Positions 63,902 to 64,000 of a stretch of 64,000 bases of DNA are shown here, one piece after another. The notes under the pieces are model-generated. The model ran no database searches. It saw only the letters and a list, made by a program, of their open reading frames with translations, and was not told where the DNA came from. The stretch spans positions 58,776,001 to 58,840,000 of the forward strand of contig OX597817.1 of assembly GCA_951406725.2 (NCBI GenBank), read 5' to 3'. The position numbers and the translations under genes were made by a program. This DNA is from Octopus vulgaris (taxonomy: Eukaryota). How positions within the stretch are numbered: position 1 is the first letter of the stretch; every line of letters starts with the position of its first letter.

Positions 63902-64000
63902 CATCATCTTGTACGTATGTATAGATATATACACACACATTTGAGGTAATATATTCAGCATTCCTTGATATATATATATATATAATTAAATAAGGGTAGA

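Overview
This is AT-rich, microsatellite-laden eukaryotic DNA with no convincing intact protein-coding ORF. The repeat make-up fits a coleoid cephalopod, probably an octopus; this is inferred, not checked against a database. Most of the window is transposon debris: dozens of tRNA-derived SINEs from at least six families, decayed LINEs (CR1-like, RTE, R4/Dong-like, Jockey/L2-like), two mariner remnants, a Tigger/pogo remnant, hAT and piggyBac MITEs with target-site duplications, and two non-autonomous Helitrons. The most notable signal is six minimal type I hammerhead ribozyme motifs from about five unrelated short elements, resembling Penelope-like pseudo-LTRs. One family, present twice, places a tRNA-type Pol III promoter directly upstream of the hammerhead, like a retrozyme or Schistosoma Smα. 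CpG appears better retained after about 58.6 kb, and several minus-strand splice signals suggest the window is mostly a long 5' intron of a minus-strand gene. All coordinates were read by eye, so repeat boundaries are approximate.
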